Shown piece after piece: positions 54,647 to 64,000 of a DNA stretch of 64,000 bases (positions are counted from its first letter, which is position 1; every line of letters begins with the position of its first letter). The stretch comes from Acidobacteriota bacterium (GTDB lineage Bacteria; Acidobacteriota; Vicinamibacteria; Vicinamibacterales; SCN-69-37): positions 140,053 to 204,052 of the forward strand of contig JADJUS010000022.1 of NCBI GenBank assembly GCA_016716905.1, in the 5' to 3' direction. The notes below the pieces were generated by a model. The model was not told the DNA's origin and ran no database searches. It was given only the letters and a program-made list of their open reading frames with translations. Both the position numbers and the translations under genes were made by a program.

Positions 54647-55614
54647 CATTTCTTGTGCGATGCCTCGTGCTGGCGCTCGCCGCGTTCGGTGTGGCCGCCC
54701 TCGTGACATCGGTGGTCATCGCCGTCACGTGGTGGCGGAGGACGCCGGCCGGGTCTGCGGCGGTTCGCGCGGACGCCCTGCTGCGGCTGCGCCTCATTCC
54801 TTCAGGCGCAGCCGCGCTCGCGGGCCTGTTTGCGCTCATCGGCCTGTGGCGTTTTGAATCGCGTGATGTGGACGAGGTCCTCGGCTGGACGGTCCTCGCG
54901 AGTGCGGCCACCGGCGCCTGGCTCATGTCGGTATTCCTGACCCGACTGTGGCGCATGCGGCTCGAGACGCGCCGACTCCTGTCATCCTGGCTCGCAGACG
55001 CCACCGCGCTCTCGCTGCCTGGTGTGACGGTGCCGGCTTTCCGCATTGATTCCGGCTTCCCGGTGGTGGCAGTCGTCGGCATCTTCCGCCCCATACTCGT
55101 TGTGGACGGCACCGTGCTCGATGGGTGTAGTGAGGACGAACTCGCGGCCATCCTCGCACACGAACAAGGGCACCTGCGCCGTTGGGACAACCTGCGCCGC
55201 GCCCTCTTTGCGGCAGCGCCCGATCCGCTGTCGCACACCCCGGCAGGTATCCGGTTGCGTGACGACTGGCGCGTGGCAACCGAAGAAGCGGCCGACGATG
55301 TGGCTGCCGAGCGCGGAGAGAATGCCCGGGTCCACCTGGCGAGCGCGCTGCTTCGTGTGGCTCGCCTCGCTCCACGGGCCGCCCAGCAGCCTTCCGGAGC
55401 CTTCCACGGCGCACAACTACCCGCAAGCGCACTGTATCGCGGTGAGAGCGTCGAGGGCCGTGTCCGGCGGCTGATTGACGCGGCTCCGGCTGCTGCGGGC
55501 CGCGCGAGCCGCGGCCTGGGCCTTGGCCTCACTGCGGCGATGGTCACGATCGCTCTCGCCTTCCAACAGGACATTCACGACCTGATGGAAGTGGTGATCG
55601 CGATTCTTCCGTAG
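54643..55614 (+). CDS. M56 (BlaR1-like) membrane metallopeptidase without a recognisable C-terminal sensor domain
   Basis: ATGA overlap with blaI-like. 4 TM helices and the HEXXH site LAAILAHEQGHLRRWD. Only 323 aa. Confidence 0.75.
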   Translation: MTFLVRCLVLALAAFGVAALVTSVVIAVTWWRRTPAGSAAVRADALLRLRLIPSGAAALAGLFALIGLWRFESRDVDEVLGWTVLASAATGAWLMSVFLTRLWRMRLETRRLLSSWLADATALSLPGVTVPAFRIDSGFPVVAVVGIFRPILVVDGTVLDGCSEDELAAILAHEQGHLRRWDNLRRALFAAAPDPLSHTPAGIRLRDDWRVATEEAADDVAAERGENARVHLASALLRVARLAPRAAQQPSGAFHGAQLPASALYRGESVEGRVRRLIDAAPAAAGRASRGLGLGLTAAMVTIALAFQQDIHDLMEVVIAILP

Positions 55615-55649
55615 TTCAGTTCCCCAGTTCCCCAGTTCCCCAGTTCCGA
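55612..55649. repeat. octamer tandem repeat (CAGTTCCC)x4.5
   Basis: tagttc agttcccc agttcccc agttcccc agttccga. Overlaps the blaR1-like stop and lies 46 nt upstream of the TonB receptor ATG. Confidence 0.9.
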
Positions 55650-55694
55650 AACTGCTTCTGGTAGTAGCGCCCGGTGCGGCACTATTGTTGTGAC

Positions 55695-57902
55695 ATGCGT
55701 ATCTTCAGGGTTATGGCGGTCGTCGCCGTCGCCCTTTTGACCATCGTCTCCAGTGCGTTCGCCCTCGAGGGACGCCTTGTGGACAAACGGACCGGCACGC
55801 CGGTGGCCGGCGCCGAAGTGATGATTGTGGGCCTGACCGGATCCGTGAAGACGGACGGCGACGGGCGATTTTCCTGGAAGCCCGATCCTGTCGCGCCGTT
55901 CGAGCTGCTGGTGCTCATGCCGAACGGCACGTTGACGCGTCCGGCCCGCGTGACGAGCCTTGATGCGGCGGCGGTGCTCACGATCCTGATTGAGCCCGTG
56001 GTGAATGAAGAAGTCACCGTGACCGCCGGCCTGGCGCCGAGTATTGATGCGGCGCCTGGCGCCGGCATGACGCTGCTCTCCGGACGCGACGTGGCGCTGC
56101 GCCAGCCGGGCAACCTCACGCAGGCGCTCGAGAACGTGCCAGGCGTGAATCAGGTCTCTGAAGGACAGGCCGGCGTGCCGGCCGTGCGCGGACTGGCGCG
56201 CGGGCGCACACTCATCCTGATCGACGGCGCCAGGGTCACCTCCGAGCGCCGCGTGGGCCCGAGCGCCACGTTCCTGGATCCGTTTGGCATCAGTTCAGTC
56301 GATGTGGCTCGCGGCCCCGGGTCAGTGGCGTACGGTTCGGATGCCTTCGGCGGCGTCATCTCGGTGCAGACCCCTCGACCGACCATTGGCGGCCCTTGGC
56401 GCGGCAGACTGACCGGAACGTTTGGCACGGGCGTGCCCGATCGCCGTGGCGGTGTCGAAATTCAAAAGGGCTACGCGACGGGCGCGTTCATCCTGCAGGC
56501 GCACGCACGGAAGGTGGAGGACTACGACGGGCCCACCGCCGCCGTCCTCAATTCCGGCTACGAAGATCGGGGGGTTCTGGCGCGGGTGGATCAGCAGGTG
56601 GGCCACGGCCTGTTGTCGCTCGGCTGGCAGAGTGACTTCGGCCGTAACATCGAGCGCCCCCGCAACAACTCGGCGGCCACGCGGTTCTACTACCCCTTCG
56701 AAAATTCTCACCGTGCGACGGCGTCTTACGAAATCGCGGGCGTGGCCGGGCTCGACCTCGTCCGGGTGCAGGGCTTTTTCGGCACTGTCGCGCAGCGCAC
56801 CGACCAGGATCGGAATCCAACGCCAACCGTGACGCGCCGGATCGAACGTGCCGACATCAAGTCGAAGGATTTTTCCCTGCGGGCGATCGCCGAGAAATTC
56901 CTGAGCCGCGCCCGCCTCGAGTTCGGCGCCGACATCAATGGCCGCACCGGCCTGGAAGCGCACGACGTCCAGATCAACTTCAACCTCGCGGGCGGCGAAA
57001 TATCGCGCACGGACAATCTCTCGACCGAGTCAGCGCGGCGCATCGACACCGGGCTCTTCGTTCAGGCCGACGTCTCGCTGGCCGCTCGGCTCCGGGCCAC
57101 CGGAGGCGCGCGCGTGGACTTTGTGTCGTCGAAGAACACCGGCGGCTACTTTGGTGACACTTCGATCTCACACCAGGCCATGTCGGGATTCGGCGCGATC
57201 ACGCTCGGACCGTTTGAGGGGCTGTCTTTCACCGCGCAGATTTCGCGTGGCTTCCGCGACCCCACATTGTCGGACCGCTTCTATCGGGGTCCGTCAGGAC
57301 GCGGCTTCATTACCGGCAACCCGGACCTCGCCCCGGAAACCAGCGTGCAACTGGACTTCGGCGCCAGGTACACGACCGGCCGCCTTCGCCTGGCCGCCTA
57401 CGTGTATCAATACCGGATTACCGATTTGGTTGAGCGCTACACGACGGCCACTGACTTCTTCTTCTTCCGCAATCGCGGCAAGGCCCAGTACCGCGGTGTC
57501 GAGGTTGAGGCGCAGGCCGACCTCGGTCGTGGCGTCACCCTTGAACTGAGTGGTCAGACCGCGCGCGGACGAGCGCTGGAAGAAGCGAGCAACACGCTGT
57601 GGCTCGATGACGTGGCGCCGAACATGGCGGCGGTCGTTCTGCGCAAGCGTGTGTTGGACAAGGGCTCCGCCCACATTCGAGTGGCCGCCTTCAGCGACGA
57701 CGAGCGGCCCGGGGTGAGCGAAGTCCGTGCGCCTGGTTACACGCTCCTCGATGCGGGCGCGAGTTGGACGCTGTCGCCGCACCTCGAAGTGCGCGCCAAC
57801 GGCAGGAACCTGCTCAACAGGTCGTACTTCGCCAGCCCCGATCCGCGATGGGTCTTCGCACCCGGCCGGAGCGTCTCGGCGACAATCGTCATCGGGTACT
57901 GA
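55695..57902 (+). CDS. TonB-dependent receptor with N-terminal carboxypeptidase-regulatory-like domain
   Basis: ATG 55695 and a signal peptide. LEGRLVDKRTGTPVAGAEVMIVGLTGSVKTDGDGRFSW, then plug motifs (NLTQALENVPGV, RGLARGRTLILIDGARV). C-terminal ...TIVIGY. Confidence 0.85.
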   Translation: MRIFRVMAVVAVALLTIVSSAFALEGRLVDKRTGTPVAGAEVMIVGLTGSVKTDGDGRFSWKPDPVAPFELLVLMPNGTLTRPARVTSLDAAAVLTILIEPVVNEEVTVTAGLAPSIDAAPGAGMTLLSGRDVALRQPGNLTQALENVPGVNQVSEGQAGVPAVRGLARGRTLILIDGARVTSERRVGPSATFLDPFGISSVDVARGPGSVAYGSDAFGGVISVQTPRPTIGGPWRGRLTGTFGTGVPDRRGGVEIQKGYATGAFILQAHARKVEDYDGPTAAVLNSGYEDRGVLARVDQQVGHGLLSLGWQSDFGRNIERPRNNSAATRFYYPFENSHRATASYEIAGVAGLDLVRVQGFFGTVAQRTDQDRNPTPTVTRRIERADIKSKDFSLRAIAEKFLSRARLEFGADINGRTGLEAHDVQINFNLAGGEISRTDNLSTESARRIDTGLFVQADVSLAARLRATGGARVDFVSSKNTGGYFGDTSISHQAMSGFGAITLGPFEGLSFTAQISRGFRDPTLSDRFYRGPSGRGFITGNPDLAPETSVQLDFGARYTTGRLRLAAYVYQYRITDLVERYTTATDFFFFRNRGKAQYRGVEVEAQADLGRGVTLELSGQTARGRALEEASNTLWLDDVAPNMAAVVLRKRVLDKGSAHIRVAAFSDDERPGVSEVRAPGYTLLDAGASWTLSPHLEVRANGRNLLNRSYFASPDPRWVFAPGRSVSATIVIGY

Positions 57903-58438
57903 TGTTCCGCCGGCTGTTCGGGCGCGCAGCGCCTCCACAACCTGACAGTGCGGCGTGGTGGCGCGAGGCCAACGCCCTCGCCGAATCGCCAGACGCCGTT
58001 CGCATCGAAGCGCTGCGCATCGCGATGTGCGACCCAGACGAGGCTCCCGATATCGCCGAAGACCAGTTGGAGATGATTGAGGGCCTTGAACGTGTGCACG
58101 CACTCCGCCTCCTGCCGGCATTGCCGGTGGTCGCCACCCAGCATCGCGTGATTGGCCAGGCCACCTGTCACTTTCTGGCGCCCGGAAGCCTGATTGACCC
58201 AGTGGACGCCTCGGGCAAGGTGTTCGCCACCAATGCCGCTCTTGTCTTTGCTCCCGGGGCCGCAGGGGCCGTGAAGGTCTGGCCGTGGCACACCATTGCG
58301 GCCGTGTCCCGTGTGGAGCGCGATGTCGTCGTTGACCTGCGAGGCCAGCCGGCAGCCGCGCGGCTGCGCATGAATACCAGCGGCGATGCGCTCGTGATGG
58401 TGGCGCTGGCAGAGCGCCTGCGGCCGAATCGGCCATAA
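57902..58438 (+). CDS. hypothetical protein
   Basis: 178-aa ORF. Its ATG overlaps the receptor stop (TGATG). No signal peptide and no motif recognised. Confidence 0.5.
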   Translation: MFRRLFGRAAPPQPDSAAWWREANALAESPDAVRIEALRIAMCDPDEAPDIAEDQLEMIEGLERVHALRLLPALPVVATQHRVIGQATCHFLAPGSLIDPVDASGKVFATNAALVFAPGAAGAVKVWPWHTIAAVSRVERDVVVDLRGQPAAARLRMNTSGDALVMVALAERLRPNRP

Positions 58439-58450
58439 TGGCCGACGGAC

Positions 58451-59617
58451 ATGGCCACGGTGATTCTCGGTTCCGATACCCTCTTTGACCGGTCGCTCCT
58501 GCGGGGCAGGACGATCGGACTCGTCTGCAATCCGGCTTCGATCGATGCCAGGCTGCAGCACGTCATCAGCCGCGCGGAAGGTGCGGGCGTCCGCGTGGGC
58601 GCGGTGTTCGGTCCGCAGCACGGTTTCCGCTCAGACCTCCAGGAGAACATGATCGAATCGCCGCATGGCGACGACCCCACGCGTGGCGTGAGGGTCTATT
58701 CGCTGTACAGCGAGACCCGCACCCCCACGGCCGACATGCTCGCCGGTCTGGACGCGCTGGTCATCGATCTCCAGGATGTCGGCACGCGCATCTACACCTA
58801 CATCTACACCATGGCCAACTGCCTGACCGCCGCGGCCCGGCACGGAGTGCCGGTCGTGGTGTGCGACCGGCCCAATCCCATCGGTGGCACACAAATCGAG
58901 GGACCGATGTTGATGCCGGGGTTTGAATCGTTTGTCGGGCAGTATCCGATCCCGATGCGCCACGGCATGACGATTGGCGAGCTGGCCCGCTTGTTCAACG
59001 ACCATTTTTCGATCGGCGCCAAGCTCGAAGTCGTGGCGATGCAGGGCTGGTCGCGTGCGCAGTACTTCGACTCGACGGGCCTGCCCTGGGTGTTGCCTTC
59101 CCCCAACATCCCCACGCTCGACACCGCCATCGTCTATCCGGGAACGGTGCTGTTTGAGGGCACCAACGTGTCGGAAGGGCGCGGCACCACGAAGCCGTTT
59201 GAACTGTGTGGTGCGCCGTGGGTGGCGCCTGAACCATTCTGCGAGGCGCTCAATGCACGGGGATTGCCTGGCGTCACGTTCCGTCCGCACGCCTTCGAAC
59301 CGGCGTTCCACAAACATGCGAAGGTCTTGTGCGGAGGCTGCCAGATCCATGTGACGGATCGTGCGACCTTCCGGGCGGTGGAAACGGGCGTGGCCTTGAT
59401 CGAAGCGTTCCGCGATGCCGGGCCGGATCAATTCGCCTGGCGCGAACCGCCCTACGAGTACGAATACACCATCCCGCCGATCGACATTCTCTACGGGTCC
59501 GCGGGGCTGCGCGAAGGACTGGAAGCGGGCCGTACAACGAACGACCTCGTCCACCCGTGGGCAGACGAGGTCGCTGAGTTCATGAATCTTCGAGAGCGCT
59601 TCCTGTTGTATCCCTAG
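58451..59617 (+). CDS. DUF1343 family protein (NamZ-like exo-beta-N-acetylmuramidase)
   Basis: GRTIGLVCNPASID, VFGPQHGFRSD, LVIDLQDVGTRIYTYIYTM and FEGTNVSEGRGTTKPFE are typical DUF1343 blocks. Confidence 0.8.
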   Translation: MATVILGSDTLFDRSLLRGRTIGLVCNPASIDARLQHVISRAEGAGVRVGAVFGPQHGFRSDLQENMIESPHGDDPTRGVRVYSLYSETRTPTADMLAGLDALVIDLQDVGTRIYTYIYTMANCLTAAARHGVPVVVCDRPNPIGGTQIEGPMLMPGFESFVGQYPIPMRHGMTIGELARLFNDHFSIGAKLEVVAMQGWSRAQYFDSTGLPWVLPSPNIPTLDTAIVYPGTVLFEGTNVSEGRGTTKPFELCGAPWVAPEPFCEALNARGLPGVTFRPHAFEPAFHKHAKVLCGGCQIHVTDRATFRAVETGVALIEAFRDAGPDQFAWREPPYEYEYTIPPIDILYGSAGLREGLEAGRTTNDLVHPWADEVAEFMNLRERFLLYP

Positions 59618-59627
59618 TCGCGGCGAA

Positions 59628-62516
59628 CTACCGATTCCCCTCGGGAAGCGGCACCACCGAAAAGCTTTGTCCCGCCCCGACCGCCGTGAAGGTACCGTTG
59701 GCGACCTTGCCGATGGTCGCCGTGTAGCGGCCCTGCTCGACGGCCGAGCCGCCACCGCCGCCGCGGCCACCAAACCCACCGCCACCGCCCCGACCACCGC
59801 GGGCGCCTGCGGGTGCGCCTGCGGGCGCCGCCGCGGGCGCGGGAGGCGCGCCGGCCAGGTTCCACACCACACGTTTGACGCCGGCCTCTCCGGTCAGATC
59901 GATGCGGCGCACTTCGCGGCCGGCGGCATCCGTAATGGCAATCGCCCACTGGGTGCCCGCGGCTGCCGCGTCACGGAGGTAGTAGGTGAGAATCGCGCCG
60001 TAGGGCGGGTTCGGCGCCCGCCAATCGCTCTGGGCCGCGCGAATCTGGTTCTTCATCGGGAACTGATACGCGTGCCGCAACGGCAGCAGTTGCGCTTCCT
60101 GCGCAAAACTCTGGGCCGACACGCCGCGCAACGCGCTGTAGTCGTCGAGCACGTAGAAGCTCCGGCCGAACGTGCCCAGCACCAGATCGTTCTCACGCGT
60201 CTGGACGTCGAGATCACGCACCTGCACCGTCGGCAGGCCGCCCTTGAGCTGCACCCAGTGTGAGCCACCGTCCACCGTGACGAACAGACCGTACTCGGTC
60301 CCGACAAACAGCAGGTTGCTGTTGACGTGATCCTGGATAATCGCCCACGTCGGATGCCTGTCGGGCAGGTTGCTCGCAATGGACGTAAAGGTGCGGCCGC
60401 GGTCGTTGCTGCGCGCCACATACGGCTTGTAGTTGCCGCGCTGCCAGTCATTGAGGGTGACAAACACCACGTTCACATCACGCGGCGACGCCATCACGTC
60501 CGACACGTACGTGAACTTCGGCACGCCCGGGAAGTCTTCGGTCTTGCGCCAGGTGCGGCCGCCATCTTCTGTCACCTGCAACAACCCGTCGTCGGTGCCG
60601 GCGTAGATGAGGCCGGCGAGCAAGGGCGATTCGTCCACCGACACGATGTTGCTGAGCGCGGTGGTCGCGCGGTTGAAGCCGACGGTTTTGGCCGCATCCC
60701 ACTGCTTGCCCATGATGGGCACTTCGCGGGCGTCGAGCTGTCGGGTCAGGTCCGGGCTGATGCGCGTCCAGCTGTCGCCGCGGTCTTCTGTGCGATACAG
60801 GAAGTTCGACGCCCACAGCAGGCTCTTCGGGTTGTGCGGGCTCACGATGTACGGGGCGTCCCAGTTGGGGCGCTCGCTCGGCATACCGCCTCCGCGTCCG
60901 CCGGTGGCCGGGCCAATCTCGCTGCCGTCGAGGTTGCGCGTGTTGTTCGCGTTCGGGCGAATCGACTGCGACTGCCCGGTGCGCAGGTCGAGGCGGGTGA
61001 CCGCGCCGTTCTGCGACGTGGCATACGTGAAGTACGGATCCTCAGGGTCGCTGCGGGTGGTGAAGCCGTCGCCGCCGCCCGTGATGTAGACGTCGCTCGT
61101 ACGGATGCCCGCCGAGTTCTGGGTGCGGTGCGGGCTGCAGAACGAGCCGTTGTCCTGTGTGCCGCCGCAGACGTTGTAAAACGGCTTCATGTAGTCCACC
61201 GACACGCGGTAGAACTGCGAAATCGGCAGGTTCGTGAAGTGACGCCAGGTACGGCCCTCGTCGTAGGACTCGTAGAGGCCGCCGTCGTTGCCGAGCACGA
61301 AGTGGTTGCGGTCAGTCGGGTTGGGCCAGATCACGTGGTGATCGACATGCACGCCCTGCGTCGGCATCGAGCCCCACGTACGGCCGCCGTCCGTGCTGCG
61401 CTCGAGGTTGGTGCTCATCGCGTAGAGCGTGTCGGGACGAATCGGGTCCACGAAAAACTCGTTGTAGTAACCCGGGTCCGCGTTCATGTACCAGTTGTCA
61501 CCAGCCCCCTGCGGCGCGCCTTCCTGCCCGGCTTCCTCTGCCTCGGTCTGCGCGACCTCGCCGTCGTCTGCAGGACCACCGCCACGCCCGCCGCCGGGAG
61601 CGCGCTTGCCCACACGGGCCCAGGTGGCGCCCTGGTCGTCGGACCGATAGAACCCCCGTTCCTCCTGAAGGGCGTCGATCATCGCGTACACGCGCGTGGG
61701 ACGCACCTTCGCGTCCACCGCCAGGTTGATGCGGCCCATGTCCATCTTCGGCAGGCCGTTGGCCAGCTTGGTCCACGTCTGGCCGGCGTTGGTGGACTTG
61801 TAGATGCCGCTCTCCGGCCCGCCGCCCACAAACTGCCCGACCGCGCGCCGCCGCTGCCACATCGCCACATAGAGCGTGTTCGGGCTGGCCGGGTCAATCA
61901 CCACTTCGTTGGCGCCGGTGTCCGGGCTGACCGTCAGAATTTCCTTCCAGGTTTTGCCGCCGTCGGTGGTCTTGTAGAGGCCGCGCTCGCCGCCGGCGGA
62001 CCACAGCGGGCCCTGCGCGGAGACGTACACGACGTTGGAGTCGCGCGGGTCGATCTGGATGTTCCCGATGTGCTCGGACTTCGCCAGCGCCACGCGTGTC
62101 CACGTCATGCCCGCGTCGGTGGACTTGTAGAGACCGTCACCAATCATCGAACTGCGCGGGTTCGAGTTTTCGCCCGTGCCGAGCCAGACGATATTGGAGT
62201 CTTTGGGATCGACCTTGATGCAGCACAGGTTGAACGACCCGCCCTGATCAAACGTGGACACCCAGGTGATGCCGCGGTTGACGCTCTTCCACACGCCGCC
62301 CGCCGCCGTGGCCACGTAGTACACGTTCGGGTTCTTCGGGTCCACGTCGAAGTCTGCGATACGGCCGGTCACAAGCGACGGGCCCATGGCGCGCCATTCG
62401 AGGCCCTGGAACGCCGCGGCGTTCAGCCGGTCGTTAGTGGGGGCCTGCCCGGAGGGCGTGACGGCCGCCGCAAACAGCGCGGCGCAGGCCAGGACGAATG
62501 TCAGTCGTTGTTTCAT
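59628..62516 (-). CDS. secreted sortilin/VPS10-like BNR (Asp-box) repeat beta-propeller protein (paralogue of 25023-28001)
   Basis: Start at ATG 62516 ([19 protein letters not shown]). About 10 boxes: [79 protein letters not shown]. Gly/Arg-rich linker near the C-terminus. Confidence 0.8.
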   Translation of the reverse strand: MKQRLTFVLACAALFAAAVTPSGQAPTNDRLNAAAFQGLEWRAMGPSLVTGRIADFDVDPKNPNVYYVATAAGGVWKSVNRGITWVSTFDQGGSFNLCCIKVDPKDSNIVWLGTGENSNPRSSMIGDGLYKSTDAGMTWTRVALAKSEHIGNIQIDPRDSNVVYVSAQGPLWSAGGERGLYKTTDGGKTWKEILTVSPDTGANEVVIDPASPNTLYVAMWQRRRAVGQFVGGGPESGIYKSTNAGQTWTKLANGLPKMDMGRINLAVDAKVRPTRVYAMIDALQEERGFYRSDDQGATWARVGKRAPGGGRGGGPADDGEVAQTEAEEAGQEGAPQGAGDNWYMNADPGYYNEFFVDPIRPDTLYAMSTNLERSTDGGRTWGSMPTQGVHVDHHVIWPNPTDRNHFVLGNDGGLYESYDEGRTWRHFTNLPISQFYRVSVDYMKPFYNVCGGTQDNGSFCSPHRTQNSAGIRTSDVYITGGGDGFTTRSDPEDPYFTYATSQNGAVTRLDLRTGQSQSIRPNANNTRNLDGSEIGPATGGRGGGMPSERPNWDAPYIVSPHNPKSLLWASNFLYRTEDRGDSWTRISPDLTRQLDAREVPIMGKQWDAAKTVGFNRATTALSNIVSVDESPLLAGLIYAGTDDGLLQVTEDGGRTWRKTEDFPGVPKFTYVSDVMASPRDVNVVFVTLNDWQRGNYKPYVARSNDRGRTFTSIASNLPDRHPTWAIIQDHVNSNLLFVGTEYGLFVTVDGGSHWVQLKGGLPTVQVRDLDVQTRENDLVLGTFGRSFYVLDDYSALRGVSAQSFAQEAQLLPLRHAYQFPMKNQIRAAQSDWRAPNPPYGAILTYYLRDAAAAGTQWAIAITDAAGREVRRIDLTGEAGVKRVVWNLAGAPPAPAAAPAGAPAGARGGRGGGGGFGGRGGGGGSAVEQGRYTATIGKVANGTFTAVGAGQSFSVVPLPEGNR

Positions 62517-62621
62517 GAAAAATCTCCCCGCAGATGTGCAGGCGCCGCCAGCCCAACTGGCAGCATCCGCACCGCAGATTCTGACACATCCGGAGGTCGT
62601 GGTCGCGCTAGAGTGTGGACG

Positions 62622-63812
62622 ATGCCGAACCGCGCCTGGAATGTCGATGCACCGGTCCGTGACCGCTATCTGACCTTCGGTAGCCCCCAACTGCTCGAGC
62701 CCGAAATTGAAGGCGTGGTCGCGGCGATGCGGTCCAGCTGGATCGGCACAGGGCCGCGTGCCAAAGAATTTGAACAGGCCTTTGCCGCGTACATCGGCAC
62801 GCCGCACGCAGTGGCCGTGAACTCCTGTACTGCGGCACTGCATCTGGCCTTCGTGGCTCTCGGCATCGGACCCGGTGACGAGGTGATCGTGCCCGCCATG
62901 ACATTCGCGTCCACCGCCAACGTCGTGATCCACGCCGGAGGCACACCGGTCTTCGCCGACGTGGATCGCGCGACGATGTGTCTGGACCCCGCCGACGCCG
63001 CGACAAAAATTACGTCACGCACCCGGGCGATTCTGCCCGTGCACTTTGCGGGGCGCGCCTCCGATCTGGACGCGCTGATGGCATTGGCGGCGGATCACGG
63101 AATTCGGCTTGTCGAAGACTGCGCACATGCCGTCGAGACCCTGGTGCGTGGCCGGCATGCCGGAACCTTCGGGGACTTCGGCGCCTTCAGCTTCTACGCC
63201 ACCAAAAACGTCGTCACCGGCGAAGGCGGCATGATCGTGACTGCAAATGCTGAATGGGCGGCGCGGGTCCAGCGCCTGGCCCTGCATGGCCTCAGCGCGG
63301 ATGCCTGGAAGCGGTTCTCTGATGCGGGCTTCAAGCACTACGACGTGGTGGAAGCCGGTTTCAAATACAACATGATGGACCTGCAGGCCGCGATCGGCCT
63401 GCCCCAGCTCGCGCGTGTGGAAGCGAACCTGGTTCGTCGCGAGGCCATCTGGGTGCGGTATGACCAGGCATTCGCGGATCTCCCGGCATTCCTGCCGGCG
63501 CCGGCCGCTGCGGGCACCCGTCATGCGCGCCATCTCTATACGCTGATCCTGGACATCGACAGGCTTCGGGCCACGCGTGACGAGGTGCAGACCGCCCTCC
63601 ACAAGCAGTTCATCGGAACAGGCATCCACTACCGCGCGCTGCACCTGCATCAGTACTACCGGGAGCGGTTCGGCGAGCGAACCGGCAGGCTCGCGAATGC
63701 GGAATGGCTCAGCGACCGGACGATTTCGCTGCCGCTGGGTCCCCAGCTGACGGACGCCGACGTCGATGACGTGATTTTTGCCGTCCGACAGACGCTGATG
63801 CACTTCTCGTGA
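62622..63812 (+). CDS. DegT/DnrJ/EryC1/StrS family PLP-dependent sugar aminotransferase
   Basis: Start at ATG 62622, in frame with the long ORF 60327-63812. Motifs [34 protein letters not shown] (PLP Lys) and GIHYRALHL. Confidence 0.88.
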   Translation: MPNRAWNVDAPVRDRYLTFGSPQLLEPEIEGVVAAMRSSWIGTGPRAKEFEQAFAAYIGTPHAVAVNSCTAALHLAFVALGIGPGDEVIVPAMTFASTANVVIHAGGTPVFADVDRATMCLDPADAATKITSRTRAILPVHFAGRASDLDALMALAADHGIRLVEDCAHAVETLVRGRHAGTFGDFGAFSFYATKNVVTGEGGMIVTANAEWAARVQRLALHGLSADAWKRFSDAGFKHYDVVEAGFKYNMMDLQAAIGLPQLARVEANLVRREAIWVRYDQAFADLPAFLPAPAAAGTRHARHLYTLILDIDRLRATRDEVQTALHKQFIGTGIHYRALHLHQYYRERFGERTGRLANAEWLSDRTISLPLGPQLTDADVDDVIFAVRQTLMHFS

Positions 63813-63876
63813 CACCGGGAGCCGTCGTAAACTGTGGCCACCCGAATGACCGGGGCCGGACAGAGGATTGGCAGTG

Positions 63877-64000
63877 ATGAGCATGTTCCGACGCATCGCC
63901 GGTGGCGCAGTTGTGGTCGTGGGCAGTTGGGCGGCGTTGTCGGCGCAACAGGCCGTCGCACCGGCCACCCCGCCAGTCCTCGAAACGGTGGACCAGTATC
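63877..64000 (+). CDS. partial CDS, N-terminus of an exported protein (runs off the window)
   Basis: ATG 63877 lies 9 nt after GAGGA. MSMFRRIAGGAVVVVGSWAALSAQQAVAPA looks like a signal peptide. Only 41 codons are visible. Confidence 0.35.
   Translation, partial: MSMFRRIAGGAVVVVGSWAALSAQQAVAPATPPVLETVDQY

Noticed and set aside
59748-59830. GC-rich simple repeat (gccaccgcc...)
   Set aside because: It encodes the Gly/Arg-rich linker ([20 protein letters not shown]) near the C-terminus of the BNR paralogue. This is low-complexity coding sequence, not a separate element.
60327-62621. N-terminal 765 codons of the 1161-aa plus-strand ORF
   Set aside because: This part is antisense to the BNR/sortilin paralogue. 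DegT-family homology begins only at ATG 62622, so only 62622-63812 is called.

Overview
High-GC bacterial chromosomal window. The gene content suggests an Acidobacteriota-like soil bacterium (Oar-type TonB receptors, sortilin/BNR propeller proteins, a PD40-type remnant), but that assignment is inference only. Coding density is very high, and many genes are translationally coupled by 1- or 4-nt overlaps. Left to right: (1) a nucleotide-sugar block with rmlD, a DegT aminotransferase, gmd, rmlA, smpB, an FAD oxidoreductase, pdxA-like and a UDP-sugar dehydrogenase. (2) holB with tRNA-Asp and tRNA-Val. (3) A long minus-strand lipid A / heptose inner-core operon: waaA-lpxK-lpxL-waaF-gmhB-hldA-hldC-waaC-ICMT-like methyltransferase. 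(4) gap-pgk-tpiA-secG-tRNA-Leu. (5) A 7.6-kb accessory-looking stretch bounded by tRNA-Leu and a duplicated tRNA-Leu 3' fragment. (6) ABC-F ATPase, a large membrane protein, and znuA/znuB with a porin-like gene. (7) An Oar-like TonB receptor, a PcRGLX-like protein and a PIG-L deacetylase. (8) VanZ-like, MFS, PLD/cardiolipin synthase and fdhD genes. (9) A multihaem module: 11-haem cytochrome c, cytochrome b, a NapC/NirT-like hexahaem and a convergent monohaem c. (10) blaI-blaR1-like genes, a TonB receptor, a hypothetical gene and NamZ/DUF1343. (11) A second sortilin/BNR paralogue and a second DegT aminotransferase. I found no CRISPR array, transposase or integrase. The most unusual content is non-coding. 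First, nested palindromic MITE/RPE-like elements sit in-frame inside lpxK. Second, several families of 7-8-bp tandem micro-repeats lie upstream of genes and, in three cases, inside coding sequence. All functional calls rest on motif recognition by eye; no database search was run.
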